IMG/VR virus record: IMGVR_UViG_3300023179_005186
Location: 62,001-126,000 of that record
Length of the DNA stretch: 64,000 nt
Reading direction: 5' to 3' (one strand)
In this document: positions 30,917 to 41,187 of the stretch, piece by piece
How the letters are laid out: each line of letters begins with the position of its first letter
Numbering within the stretch: the stretch's first letter is position 1
Notes under the pieces: model-generated
Databases searched by the model: none
What the model saw: the letters and a program-made list of their open reading frames with translations, nothing else
What the model was told of the DNA's origin: nothing
Program-made: the position numbers and the translations under genes

Positions 30917-31969
30917 CTATTCAATATAATTATCAATACGTTTAGATGCAATATTAGAAACAGGTTTATTTCGTTTAATAACCATATTATCAGATTTTGA
31001 GTTAATAAATGAATTAATATTTAAATTTTTTGTAGATATTTTACTATTGTTAGTTGTTTCTTCAAATCCCATAGAAATAGGTAGAAATGGTGGAATTAAT
31101 TTATGATATTCTCTTCCTAAAATTTTTGCATTTTTTCTAAATTCAGTAATATTCATAGGACCACCAAATTTTTCTAATAATTCTATTGGACCAGCAACAT
31201 TAATTTCAATATCTGTAATTGATTTAATTTTATCCTTATTAATCATGTAATACATTTGTTTTATTAAAGAATATCTTTCCCAAACTTTACTATCATTTAA
31301 TCTTAAATTATATGCAGCTTCACAATTAAATGAACAAAAACATCCTGTAACATAAAATTTACCATCAGAATATTTTTCTGGCAAATATGTTGGTAACCAA
31401 TCAAATGTATATGTACACCACCAACAACAAATGTTAGTTTTTTTAGGAATTAAAACATTATTTTGATTATCAAATAGTTTTAAATCAATTGGATATATTT
31501 TTTTTATTTCAGTAAAATACATCGGTGTTATTTCACTTAAATATTTTTTTAATTCATCATTTTCATCTTTTAATTTTTTAATAACATAACCATATTGTTT
31601 TAAATTATAATCTAATAATTTATCTTTATCAGAATCATCTTTATCCTCAGAAGATGTATTTGTTAGATTAGCATCATAAAAGTTTGATGTATGATTTTTA
31701 TTTACCCCGTTATAATCATCTATAATATCACCTAGTTCTACATCACCCATATTAAAATTTTTAATGTCTTCTCTGGAAATAGGTAAATGTAAAATAATTT
31801 CATCGTCTTCTTGCTCTTCATCGTCTGAATAATGATTTTTTATTTTTTGATTTGAAACAAGCATTTGAGTTTTTTTAGGACGACCTCTGCGTTTTTTTTC
31901 ATTTTGATTAATTTTATTCAAATCAATCGCATTGAGTATATCTTGTGAATTTATTTCTATTTCAGACAT
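30917..31969 (-). CDS. VLTF2: Late transcription factor VLTF2 (A1L-like) with AT-hook
   Basis: CCWWCTYTF..LP..GCFCSFNC Zn motif; KKRRGRPKK. Confidence 0.85.
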   Translation of the reverse strand: MSEIEINSQDILNAIDLNKINQNEKKRRGRPKKTQMLVSNQKIKNHYSDDEEQEDDEIILHLPISREDIKNFNMGDVELGDIIDDYNGVNKNHTSNFYDANLTNTSSEDKDDSDKDKLLDYNLKQYGYVIKKLKDENDELKKYLSEITPMYFTEIKKIYPIDLKLFDNQNNVLIPKKTNICCWWCTYTFDWLPTYLPEKYSDGKFYVTGCFCSFNCEAAYNLRLNDSKVWERYSLIKQMYYMINKDKIKSITDIEINVAGPIELLEKFGGPMNITEFRKNAKILGREYHKLIPPFLPISMGFEETTNNSKISTKNLNINSFINSKSDNMVIKRNKPVSNIASKRIDNYIE

Positions 31970-32017
31970 AATTGTAATTATATATCTTTATGTCTTTATA
32001 TATATTCAAAACGTTTT

Positions 32018-32025
32018 TCAATTTT
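32018..32025 (-). promoter_or_regulatory. Early promoter AAAATTGA upstream of VLTF2
   Basis: Exact octamer about 49 nt upstream of ATG 31969. Confidence 0.7.
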
Positions 32026-32057
32026 TAATAAATTATTAAATAAAAATAATTTATTAA
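32025..32057. terminator. Stem-loop downstream of ORF 32075-33709
   Basis: TTAATAAATTATT-7 nt-AATAATTTATTAA, 13-bp stem. Confidence 0.55.
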
Positions 32058-32074
32058 CTTTTTTTTTTAACTAT

Positions 32075-33709
32075 TTATGTATCAATTGTAATACCACTTC
32101 TTTTATATTGACGTTTAGAATAACTAGATTGATTATTTCTTGAACTTAGACTTTTTTCTATTTGATTTTTTCTAGAATTATAAGTACCTCCACTAGATTT
32201 TGATTTAGCTTTAACTTCAGAACTTGAAGAACTAGAACTTTCAGATGAAGATGAACTTGAAGAACTATCAGATTTTTTATTATTTTTAACACTAGATTCT
32301 GAACTAGTATCAACACTAATACCATCAGTTCTTTTTTTAATATTAAGTCCAGGTTGTGGATACAATTTATCTGCAGCTAAATCTCTCATATCTTGTGATT
32401 TTAATTTAATATTGGATACATTACTTTTCATTGCTTGCAGTTGTTGATCAATTTCTTGTCTTCTTTGTTGAGCATACAATGTAGAAGGATTATCTTGAAT
32501 ATTATTAAAAATAGGTGTAGCATATTCATTTAAACTACCAAAAGGTCTAGGTTGAGATTGCTGTTCCATTGCTGCCTTAATTCTTTCAAATTCTTGTATT
32601 TTTTGCTTTCGCATGGATTCTTGTTGCATAAATTCTGTTTGTTTTTGTTGTAATAATAACATATCTTGCATTTGTTTTGCAGCTACTTCATGCTCTGCTT
32701 CTGATTTTTTTTGTAAAGCTTCTGCTTGTTTTTTATTTTCTTCTCTCATTCTATCCAATGCAGCTTGTTGTCTCATTTGTTCAATCATTTTTGAATCTTG
32801 ATTTGGCATACTAGATGAACCCATTGGACCAGATCCATTTGATAAACCATTGGTTATTCCATTAAAAGTTGGATTTGGTATACCTAACTTATTTGAAAGA
32901 GCAACATTATTTAAATGAAATTTAAGTGCAGATCCACCTAACATTAATATTAATTTTAATTCTGGACTCATAGATTTACCAGGTTTATTATATTTTTCAT
33001 ATATTTCACCAAAAACATCATAATAATTTGTAATATCAGCATTAATTTGTTCTGACCATCCAGTTAATTTAAGTTCCCATGGATTATATTTTTCATTTAA
33101 AATTTCTAAACCATAAATACAATTTAACATTAAACTAGATGTCCAATTTACAAAATTTTGTTTTGCTCTAATATTTGTATGTAATTGATATTCATATTTC
33201 ATTGTAAAATAATCAGAATTCATATTGTAGTTTTGAGATAGTTTTACTTTGTATTGTGCTAATTCACCTAATTTTCTAAGCATATCTAATCTTTTTAACA
33301 TTTTCCCTTCTTCTGATAATTCATTATAATTATCATAATCTTCTGGTAAATCAATTCCTTTTCCTTCATCTTGATTTTTAGACTCAAATTTGTATCCATC
33401 ACCTTGAATTGATCTTTGAAAAATATTAGTTGATGGTTGTGAAGGTCCAGATTGTTGCTCATTTGTATCTGAATAATTTTTATCATTTTTTTTTTCATTT
33501 ATATAATTTGTAATATCGTCTGAACTATCTGATCTATTATCTGAATCTTTTTTAACATATCCAACTCTTTCATCTTCTGGTTTAATTTTATCAGAGGCAT
33601 GTAGATAATTAACCATATAATCAGTTGAGAAAGTTGTACCCTTATTTCTATTTGCTGTTGTCTTTTTATAAGAATTTGAATTATTTGAATTTGAAGTATC
33701 TGAACTCAT
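32075..33709 (-). CDS. Conserved NCLDV protein of unknown function
   Basis: LDMLRKL..MKYEY..LEILNEKYNPWELKLTGWSE..IYEKY..PELKLILMLGGSA core; Q-rich coiled coil; Ser-rich tail. Confidence 0.8.
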   Translation of the reverse strand: MSSDTSNSNNSNSYKKTTANRNKGTTFSTDYMVNYLHASDKIKPEDERVGYVKKDSDNRSDSSDDITNYINEKKNDKNYSDTNEQQSGPSQPSTNIFQRSIQGDGYKFESKNQDEGKGIDLPEDYDNYNELSEEGKMLKRLDMLRKLGELAQYKVKLSQNYNMNSDYFTMKYEYQLHTNIRAKQNFVNWTSSLMLNCIYGLEILNEKYNPWELKLTGWSEQINADITNYYDVFGEIYEKYNKPGKSMSPELKLILMLGGSALKFHLNNVALSNKLGIPNPTFNGITNGLSNGSGPMGSSSMPNQDSKMIEQMRQQAALDRMREENKKQAEALQKKSEAEHEVAAKQMQDMLLLQQKQTEFMQQESMRKQKIQEFERIKAAMEQQSQPRPFGSLNEYATPIFNNIQDNPSTLYAQQRRQEIDQQLQAMKSNVSNIKLKSQDMRDLAADKLYPQPGLNIKKRTDGISVDTSSESSVKNNKKSDSSSSSSSSESSSSSSSEVKAKSKSSGGTYNSRKNQIEKSLSSRNNQSSYSKRQYKRSGITIDT

Positions 33710-33819
33710 TTATAATATATAAATTTAAGAAACTATATTTTAAATATAAACCCAATTATATAAATATATTTTTTTTCTAATTAAATTTATCTTATAAGAT
33801 TATATAGATCCATTGAAGG

Positions 33820-34812
33820 ATGGCTTATTGTAATATATCTGATGCATTTAATATTAATCAAAAATTTGATCAAACAGTCAAAGGGTTACAATCATTTAAC
33901 CCTTCCAAATACGAATTATCTAATATGAGAAATAGTTATGGTACACTTAATAGCGTTGAAAATGAAAATGAAATGTCTTACGGAGCACCATTTAATGATG
34001 ATCAAAGTTTAAATGGCACTGATCTATCTAATTTATTATCTGAAAATCAATCAAAAAATCAAATTAATACACAAGAAAATTCTAAACCAAAATTAACTCA
34101 TAGAGATTGTGTAAATATTTATACTTCTCCAAAAAATCACAGTGACGATATAATTTCGAATGCATTAAAACACATTACTAAATGTCCATTATGTAAAAAT
34201 GAAATTAAAAATATTCAAAAAAATTTTATGGAAAATACATCTGCTTTATCTATTTCAGAACTTGATCAAGCTAAAGAATCTAGACAAACTTCAGCTCTTG
34301 GTAAAATGTGTGGAACAGCAACAAACACTATTCCTGCTATCATGACTTTTTCACAAGATAATGTTCAACAACCTCCAATTCAATCACAAATGCAAGTTCC
34401 TGTACAACCTATTCAATCTTTGTATACAGTTCCTTCAGTATCACAAGAATCTGCTGTAATGATTGAAAATAAATTAAAAATGCTTTCTGATAAAATTAAT
34501 GAAGAGAATAATTTAAAATATCAAAATGCAGTATTACAAAATACTATATCTAAATATATTGAAGATGCTGAAGAGAAAAAGCAAATTAATTCAAAGATGG
34601 ATAGGATATTAAATATGTTGCAGCAAAATCAAATAAATTCTAATATTCAAAAAGAAAACTTTACTAATTATGGTTTTAGACCAGAACATTTTCAATCTAT
34701 GAATAATAATTCCAATAGTATTGATTTTCTAACAATTGGAATTATTGTGATTATTATATTATTAATAGTAGATATCTATTTAAGGGTTAAACAGAATGTA
34801 AAAAATGAATAA
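33820..34812 (+). CDS. Hypothetical protein with C-terminal TM helix
   Basis: 330 aa; H..KCPLC motif, coiled coil, hydrophobic C-terminus. Confidence 0.75.
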   Translation: MAYCNISDAFNINQKFDQTVKGLQSFNPSKYELSNMRNSYGTLNSVENENEMSYGAPFNDDQSLNGTDLSNLLSENQSKNQINTQENSKPKLTHRDCVNIYTSPKNHSDDIISNALKHITKCPLCKNEIKNIQKNFMENTSALSISELDQAKESRQTSALGKMCGTATNTIPAIMTFSQDNVQQPPIQSQMQVPVQPIQSLYTVPSVSQESAVMIENKLKMLSDKINEENNLKYQNAVLQNTISKYIEDAEEKKQINSKMDRILNMLQQNQINSNIQKENFTNYGFRPEHFQSMNNNSNSIDFLTIGIIVIIILLIVDIYLRVKQNVKNE

Positions 34813-34833
34813 TTTATATATATATAATAATAT

Positions 34834-35706
34834 ATGGATTTTAAATATAAATACTTAAAATATAAAAATAGATACTTAAAATATAAAAATAAATTAACTA
34901 AATCAAATAATAATCAAATTAATGATAATGAATATAAAAATAAAGATTTACATGCTTTTAATATATCAGAATCAATTGAATTAATAGGTAATTCTTCTTT
35001 TATGGATAATAAATTAAAATATATAAATATACCAAATTCTGTTAAAAAAATCGGTTATTATTGTTTTATGAATAATCTATTAGAAAATATACATATTTCT
35101 AATTCAATTGAGATAATAAATGAATATTCTTTTGCTAATAACAAATTAAAATTTATTGAAATACCAATCTCAGTTAAATACATTAATGATTATTCTTTTT
35201 TTAATAATAATTTAGAAAAATTAATATTGCCAGATTCAATAATAACAATAGGTAATTCAGCATTTTTAAATAATAAATTAATAGAATTAGTTATACCTGA
35301 TTCTGTAGAAAAAATTGGTTCTGAATGTTTTAAAAATAATAAAATTAATAATTTATCAATTTCTAAAAGTATAAAAGTTATTACAGAATCTGTTTTTTCT
35401 TCAAATAATTTAAAAAAAATAGAATTACCAGAATCTATTATAAAAATTAATAATTATGCATTTATGCAAAATGAATTAACTGAATTAATAATACCAAATA
35501 ATGTAATAAGTATTGGTAAACATACTTTTTCTTTTAATAAATTGAAAAATATATTAATACCAAGTTCAGTTGAAAATATTGATGAGAATGCATTTTCTAA
35601 TAATGATTCATTAGAAAATATATCATTACCAATAAAATTTAAGGATACAATGAACAAAATATTAGGGAAATCAGATTTTTCTAATATTAAGATTATATAT
35701 ATTTAA
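34834..35706 (+). CDS. BspA-type leucine-rich repeat protein with KYLKYK leader
   Basis: About ten 22-aa repeats L..I.IP.SV..IG..AF..N; N-terminus MDFKYKYLKYKNRYLKYKNK. Confidence 0.88.
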   Translation: MDFKYKYLKYKNRYLKYKNKLTKSNNNQINDNEYKNKDLHAFNISESIELIGNSSFMDNKLKYINIPNSVKKIGYYCFMNNLLENIHISNSIEIINEYSFANNKLKFIEIPISVKYINDYSFFNNNLEKLILPDSIITIGNSAFLNNKLIELVIPDSVEKIGSECFKNNKINNLSISKSIKVITESVFSSNNLKKIELPESIIKINNYAFMQNELTELIIPNNVISIGKHTFSFNKLKNILIPSSVENIDENAFSNNDSLENISLPIKFKDTMNKILGKSDFSNIKIIYI

Positions 35707-35707
35707 T

Positions 35708-36145
35708 CTAGATAGTATTTGGTTGTAAAGAGTTAACAATATTTTTCCAACTAATAAAAATTTGTTTATTTGTACAAATTAATGTTTCAAAATTTTTTTT
35801 TCTTAATTTTTGTTGAATATATTGAAGACATTTAAAAGAACTATAGTTTTTATATCCAAAAAAATTATCTCCAACTGTAAAAAAAACATCAGTTAATTTC
35901 ATATCAATTGCATTATCAATTTTAAGTAAACATTCACGATATTTTGTTTCATAAAGATCTTTAGTTTTAACTTTTTCATTTTTATCGTTATTTTTTATTT
36001 TATTAAGAATATATTCATCATCTAAATTATTAATAAAAACTTTTGATTCAACTAAATTATAAACATTGAGGGTATTTGAATGTGTAAAATCTTCATGATT
36101 TATATCACTATCAATAAATAAATTTTTAATATTTATATTATTCAT
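35708..36145 (-). CDS. Conserved small NCLDV protein of unknown function
   Basis: CLLKI..VFFTV..FFGY..CLQYIQQKLRKKNF..IFISW pattern. Confidence 0.7.
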   Translation of the reverse strand: MNNINIKNLFIDSDINHEDFTHSNTLNVYNLVESKVFINNLDDEYILNKIKNNDKNEKVKTKDLYETKYRECLLKIDNAIDMKLTDVFFTVGDNFFGYKNYSSFKCLQYIQQKLRKKNFETLICTNKQIFISWKNIVNSLQPNTI

Positions 36146-36173
36146 TTAATAATATATTAGTATATATTAAAAT

Positions 36174-37037
36174 ATGGAGGATATACCATTATATGTTGGA
36201 AAACGTAGAAACATTTTAATATTAAGTGGTGGTGGTATAAAAGGCTTGGCAATGTTAGGAGCTCTTAAATGTTTAATTGATAATGATATTATTGTAAAAC
36301 CTGATATTATATGTGGTACATCTGTTGGATCAATTATTGGTTTATACTTGGCAATTGGATATACTCCACAAGATATTTATAACTTATTATTAGAATTAGA
36401 TTTTGCACATTTATTAAAACCTGATTTTGATAATATTTTAAATGAAATATGTTTTGGTTTTAACAGTACTGATAATATAATATATATAGTTAAGACTTTG
36501 ATTGAAAAAAAAAATATTTCTAATAAAATTACATTTAAAGAATTATTTGATAAATTTAAAATAAAATTAATTATAACAGGAACTTGTTTAAATGATTCAA
36601 CATTACATTATTTTTCAGTTGATAATAGTCCGACTATGGAAATTTTAAAAGCAGTTAGAATTAGTATTAGTATTCCAATTTTTTTTAAACCATATATATA
36701 TAAAAATAAGATTTGGATTGATGGAGGATGTATTGAACACTATCCTATAACTTTATTCAAAGATAAATTACATGATGTTATTGGAGTATTACTTGATGAT
36801 AAAAATAATAATATGGAATCAAGTGATTTTGATAGTATTGATAAATATATTGTGAAAATAATTAAATGTATAGCTTTTGGATCTATACATAATAAATATG
36901 AAATCTATTTAAAAAATACAATTCATATAAAATGTTTTAATGAAGAAACAGAATCATGGGAAATTGATAATGATTATAAAATAAAAATGTATAATCTTGG
37001 TTATGAAACGGCTAATAAATTTATTAAAGAAAATTAG
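36174..37037 (+). CDS. Patatin-like phospholipase
   Basis: LSGGGIKG, GTSVG (GxSxG) and IDGG motifs. Confidence 0.93.
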   Translation: MEDIPLYVGKRRNILILSGGGIKGLAMLGALKCLIDNDIIVKPDIICGTSVGSIIGLYLAIGYTPQDIYNLLLELDFAHLLKPDFDNILNEICFGFNSTDNIIYIVKTLIEKKNISNKITFKELFDKFKIKLIITGTCLNDSTLHYFSVDNSPTMEILKAVRISISIPIFFKPYIYKNKIWIDGGCIEHYPITLFKDKLHDVIGVLLDDKNNNMESSDFDSIDKYIVKIIKCIAFGSIHNKYEIYLKNTIHIKCFNEETESWEIDNDYKIKMYNLGYETANKFIKEN

Positions 37038-37039
37038 AA

Positions 37040-38086
37040 TTATTTTAGTTCACGCTTTCTAACATTAAAGTTTTTTGATTCTTTAACTATTGTTGATTCA
37101 TCTAAATTAGAATCTTCTATTTTAGTTTCATTTAATTTAGTATTATATTCATCAATATCTTCTGATAAATGTTTATTTTTAAGATATTTTTGAACTTCTT
37201 TTTTTTTTGAACTACTAGTTAAATTACATTCAACTTCATTAAAAATTTCTTCTTCTTCTTTTTTTCTTTTATCTAGAGAATTTTCTATTTCTAGTTGAGA
37301 TAATTTTGTATCTACTTTTTTTGTTGATCTCCAATTTATAAATTCTTCTTTATTAACTTCAACTTCTGATAAATTAAAGGAATCTTCGTTAATATCTGAA
37401 TATAAATTAGATCCTACAAAATTAGAATCAGATCCAAAAAGCGAATAATTTGAACTATAACCAGGTAAAGTATCTAGTGTACCTAATTCATTTACAATCA
37501 ATTCACTTGATTTATTTGTAGATAAATTATTTTTAAAGTATTCAAAAAATTCACTAATAGTTATTGGTTTTTCAAGATTTTTATTAAGTTCATTCATCAT
37601 TTTTAACAAACGATCATCTATTGATTCAATGTTATCATTTTTTCTTTCTAAATCAATATCATTAATTCTTCTTTCTAATTCATTTTCTTCAATTTTATCT
37701 TCTAAAAACTTTTCTCTGTCTTTAAATATATCTTCATATAATTCATCCAGTTTTTCTTTACTAATTGGTCTAATATTTGCATCTACAAAGTTTTTATATT
37801 CTGATTTTAATCTTAATATATCATCACCTTTAAATTCATCCATACTTTTTTTTAAATAATATAAATCATACTCTTTTCTAGAATCTTTGTTATATAATAT
37901 TTCATATGCTTTCGTGATTTCTTGATACATTTCACTATTACCACCATGATCTGGATGATGTATTTTTACTAAATTAATATATGCATTTTTAATAATTTCA
38001 TTTGATGCTTCTATATCTACATTTAGTATGCTGTACAAATCAACAAAGACTTCAGAGTCATAAATAAAGTCTAATTTATCAGTCAT
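37040..38086 (-). CDS. DnaJ (J-domain) protein
   Basis: DLYSILNV..IKNAY..HHPDHGG..ITKAYEIL..RKEYD. Confidence 0.92.
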   Translation of the reverse strand: MTDKLDFIYDSEVFVDLYSILNVDIEASNEIIKNAYINLVKIHHPDHGGNSEMYQEITKAYEILYNKDSRKEYDLYYLKKSMDEFKGDDILRLKSEYKNFVDANIRPISKEKLDELYEDIFKDREKFLEDKIEENELERRINDIDLERKNDNIESIDDRLLKMMNELNKNLEKPITISEFFEYFKNNLSTNKSSELIVNELGTLDTLPGYSSNYSLFGSDSNFVGSNLYSDINEDSFNLSEVEVNKEEFINWRSTKKVDTKLSQLEIENSLDKRKKEEEEIFNEVECNLTSSSKKKEVQKYLKNKHLSEDIDEYNTKLNETKIEDSNLDESTIVKESKNFNVRKRELK

Positions 38087-38127
38087 CTTATATATAAAAT
38101 ATATAGTCTTTTTTATTTAAATAATAT

Positions 38128-38499
38128 TTATAGTGTTAGAAATTTTTTTATTATAGATTTAGGATCAATTTCTGAAATTTTTACAAATTTATCACCTTTA
38201 ACTATAATGCAAGTAGGAACATATTCAACATTATATTTTTCAAATAATTTGTTAGGATCTTCATCTGCAAAAACTCTTTGATAGCTTATATCTGTATTAG
38301 CAAAAGCTTTTTCTAAAATAGGATGTGTATTTTCGTTATAAGTTACACAATGAGGACATGTTTTAGAAACAAAAACATAAACAATTTTTTTTTTATTATT
38401 TGAAATATTTTCAAATTTTTCAATACAAAATAAGAATTGATAGGCAGCAATTGATAATAATATAATTAAAATAATTAATAATAAAGTTTTGTTATCCAT
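38128..38499 (-). CDS. Membrane-anchored thioredoxin-like protein
   Basis: N-terminal TM helix, CPHC active site, VEYVPT cis-Pro loop. Confidence 0.88.
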   Translation of the reverse strand: MDNKTLLLIILIILLSIAAYQFLFCIEKFENISNNKKKIVYVFVSKTCPHCVTYNENTHPILEKAFANTDISYQRVFADEDPNKLFEKYNVEYVPTCIIVKGDKFVKISEIDPKSIIKKFLTL

Positions 38500-38639
38500 G
38501 TTTATATATTAATAAATAAGAAAAAATATTTTTAATATAGATATTATTATTAATTTAAACTAACTATATCTTTACATTTAAAATTTTTAATATAAATTAG
38601 TTTTAAAAAATATTTTCTATAATTTAATATATACATTCA

Positions 38640-41138
38640 ATGTCTGATAATGAAATTGTAAAATTACCAATATTAGAGCCATTAGCTAGTTATTTTGGCA
38701 CACTATATAAATTTAAACCAGGTGGAAACCCTGGTGATGTTAAAATAAATTTTTCTTCAGATAATCCTGAACAAAATGATATTTTTTGGAAAATGTATGC
38801 AAATACACAGTGTTATTCAGCTGATTCAAATAATGATGCAAAAAATGGTGATATTGCTCATCAATTTACTCAAGCTGTTGTTGCTCTTGCTAACAATCTT
38901 AAAGAAATTGATCCATCTACGACTAGTGGTACTATCCAAGAATATTTAGTTAATAAAATTGAACCATCAATCAAAAAAGTTTTTCCTAATGGTATTAAAG
39001 AAAATAAGTTGGTAGAAATTTATTTTGAAAAAAAATCTGGTCGTCTTCGTAATGAATTGCTATTAAAAAAAAAATATTATGATGAAATTATAAAAGAAAT
39101 TTTAGATGATTTTAACGAAATTATTCAAATTAATAAAGATAATAATAAAAGTTGTAATAAATTTAAACAAATTTTATTAAATTCAATAAGTGAACCTTTT
39201 GATGATCGCAACAACTATGTTACTTTAAATGGCGAAAAAGATGCTGATATATATGAATTAAATCAATGTAATGCTTATTTTAATGAATACCTTCCTGATT
39301 CATTGATAAAATTAATTAAAGAAGCAGGTGACCAATGTTTTAGAAGAGAATATAAACTTATTAATCAAATTAATGGTAAAGATAAACAAAAAATTATTAA
39401 TACAATCGAATTAATAAAAGAAAATAATAATGCAAATATTTTATTTAATAAATATTTTGAATTTAAAGATAAAGATAATAATAAAATTGATAATTATAAA
39501 AACTTAGATTTAGATAATACAAGAATAAATCTTAAAAAAAATAATACAGGTGAAATAAAATTATTTAGAGATTTACCATTAAGATCAAAAGATGGTGAAA
39601 TTTTTACTTCAAATAAACAATCTATTCATTCTACAGAATTATTTGACATAGCTGATACTTATTATAATGATAATACTAATACTAATTTTGGTTATGAACT
39701 AATTGATGCAAAAAATGACTCTTTAGATTACACAGAGGCAGTTTGTACAAATATTAAACCTAAAAATAATACTGTATTTAATGTAAGCGCTATTAAAAAT
39801 TTATTACAAAAATGGTTAAATAAAGAAAAATCTACTCCAAGTTATATGTATAGTACACCTTCTTCATATAGAGTGCTTTCTACAAAAGAAGATCTTAAAA
39901 AATTTGAAGATGAACTTGTAAATGAAGAAGAAGAAATGAAAAAAATAATTAGAGATTTACCAGAGAATAAATGGGTAAAAAGAGGAAGTGTTTATTTTAA
40001 AAGAGATACTTCTGGTAAAGAAACACTTTATGAATTAAATAATAATGCTCAATTTGTAGAAACATGTGCTTCAGTTGGTTATTCTAATGATGATACTAAT
40101 TGTATTAGAGTTTTAACTGATGCTGTAAGTGGAGATTTAGAAAAACTTAAAGAATTATTAAAGGATGATACTTTTGTTAAAGCTTTAAATGATCCAAAAC
40201 TTGTTCAAAATTTACCACCACAAATAGCTCTTAAATTACTCAAAACTTTCGGATTTAAAAAGACAGCTATTCCATCAGTAAAAGGCACAATGTTTATTAT
40301 TGAACCAATTGCAGGTTGGTTAAATAGATTAAGTAAAACAACAAATGGAAAAAATCTAATTTCAACAATAAATTCAAATAAAAATTTTATGACTTTAATA
40401 AGATTTTTAATTGGTATAGTTCATCAAAATCCAACAATTATTGGTAATAATCCAAGAGTAGTTATTCCTAAACAGCCAATAACACCTACAAATATTGTTA
40501 CACAACCACAACCTGTAACCTGGAGAACATGGCCATCTATTCCTGTCAAAACAATAGAAACAACAAAAGAACATGTTTTAACTATAGAAGAAATTAAAAA
40601 AAATTTAAAACCATTAAATTTCTTCTATAAAGGATTAAACTTGTCAAATACTCCTTTTGGTTTATCAAATTTTAATCCTGTTTTAACAAAATTTTTATCA
40701 TATATACCATATAATGGAAATGGTCTTATACGCGGTGGTGGTAATTCAAGAATAGTTGCTAAAGTTCAATTTGGATTAGGTCTAAATTATGCAGATGAAT
40801 TTATTAGAGTTTATAATATAATTAAAGAAAAATTAAAAAAAGATTTACCTAAAGAAATTGAAAATAAAATTAATTCACAACTTACAACATTTAAGTATCA
40901 AGAAATAACTCTTCTTGAAGAGTTAAGTAAATTACAAAAATTATCAACTTTAAAAGAATTAGATTTATTACAAGGTGTTGTCGATGATAAAAATTATATT
41001 GAAAATAATTTAAAAGACTATCAACAGAAAATAGATGATTATATGAAAAATAGAAAAAAAACAGATAATACATTAAAAACACTTATGAGTATGTATAAAA
41101 ATATATTGCCATCAAATTTATATAATATTAGTATATAA
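38640..41138 (+). CDS. Hypothetical large protein, positional counterpart of Mimivirus L442-like virion core protein
   Basis: 832 aa, located between thioredoxin and the capsid cluster. The assignment rests on recalled synteny. Confidence 0.65.
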   Translation: MSDNEIVKLPILEPLASYFGTLYKFKPGGNPGDVKINFSSDNPEQNDIFWKMYANTQCYSADSNNDAKNGDIAHQFTQAVVALANNLKEIDPSTTSGTIQEYLVNKIEPSIKKVFPNGIKENKLVEIYFEKKSGRLRNELLLKKKYYDEIIKEILDDFNEIIQINKDNNKSCNKFKQILLNSISEPFDDRNNYVTLNGEKDADIYELNQCNAYFNEYLPDSLIKLIKEAGDQCFRREYKLINQINGKDKQKIINTIELIKENNNANILFNKYFEFKDKDNNKIDNYKNLDLDNTRINLKKNNTGEIKLFRDLPLRSKDGEIFTSNKQSIHSTELFDIADTYYNDNTNTNFGYELIDAKNDSLDYTEAVCTNIKPKNNTVFNVSAIKNLLQKWLNKEKSTPSYMYSTPSSYRVLSTKEDLKKFEDELVNEEEEMKKIIRDLPENKWVKRGSVYFKRDTSGKETLYELNNNAQFVETCASVGYSNDDTNCIRVLTDAVSGDLEKLKELLKDDTFVKALNDPKLVQNLPPQIALKLLKTFGFKKTAIPSVKGTMFIIEPIAGWLNRLSKTTNGKNLISTINSNKNFMTLIRFLIGIVHQNPTIIGNNPRVVIPKQPITPTNIVTQPQPVTWRTWPSIPVKTIETTKEHVLTIEEIKKNLKPLNFFYKGLNLSNTPFGLSNFNPVLTKFLSYIPYNGNGLIRGGGNSRIVAKVQFGLGLNYADEFIRVYNIIKEKLKKDLPKEIENKINSQLTTFKYQEITLLEELSKLQKLSTLKELDLLQGVVDDKNYIENNLKDYQQKIDDYMKNRKKTDNTLKTLMSMYKNILPSNLYNISI

Positions 41139-41187
41139 ATTTTATAAAATAAATTTTATTTGATTATCTTTTTATAAAAAAATATAA

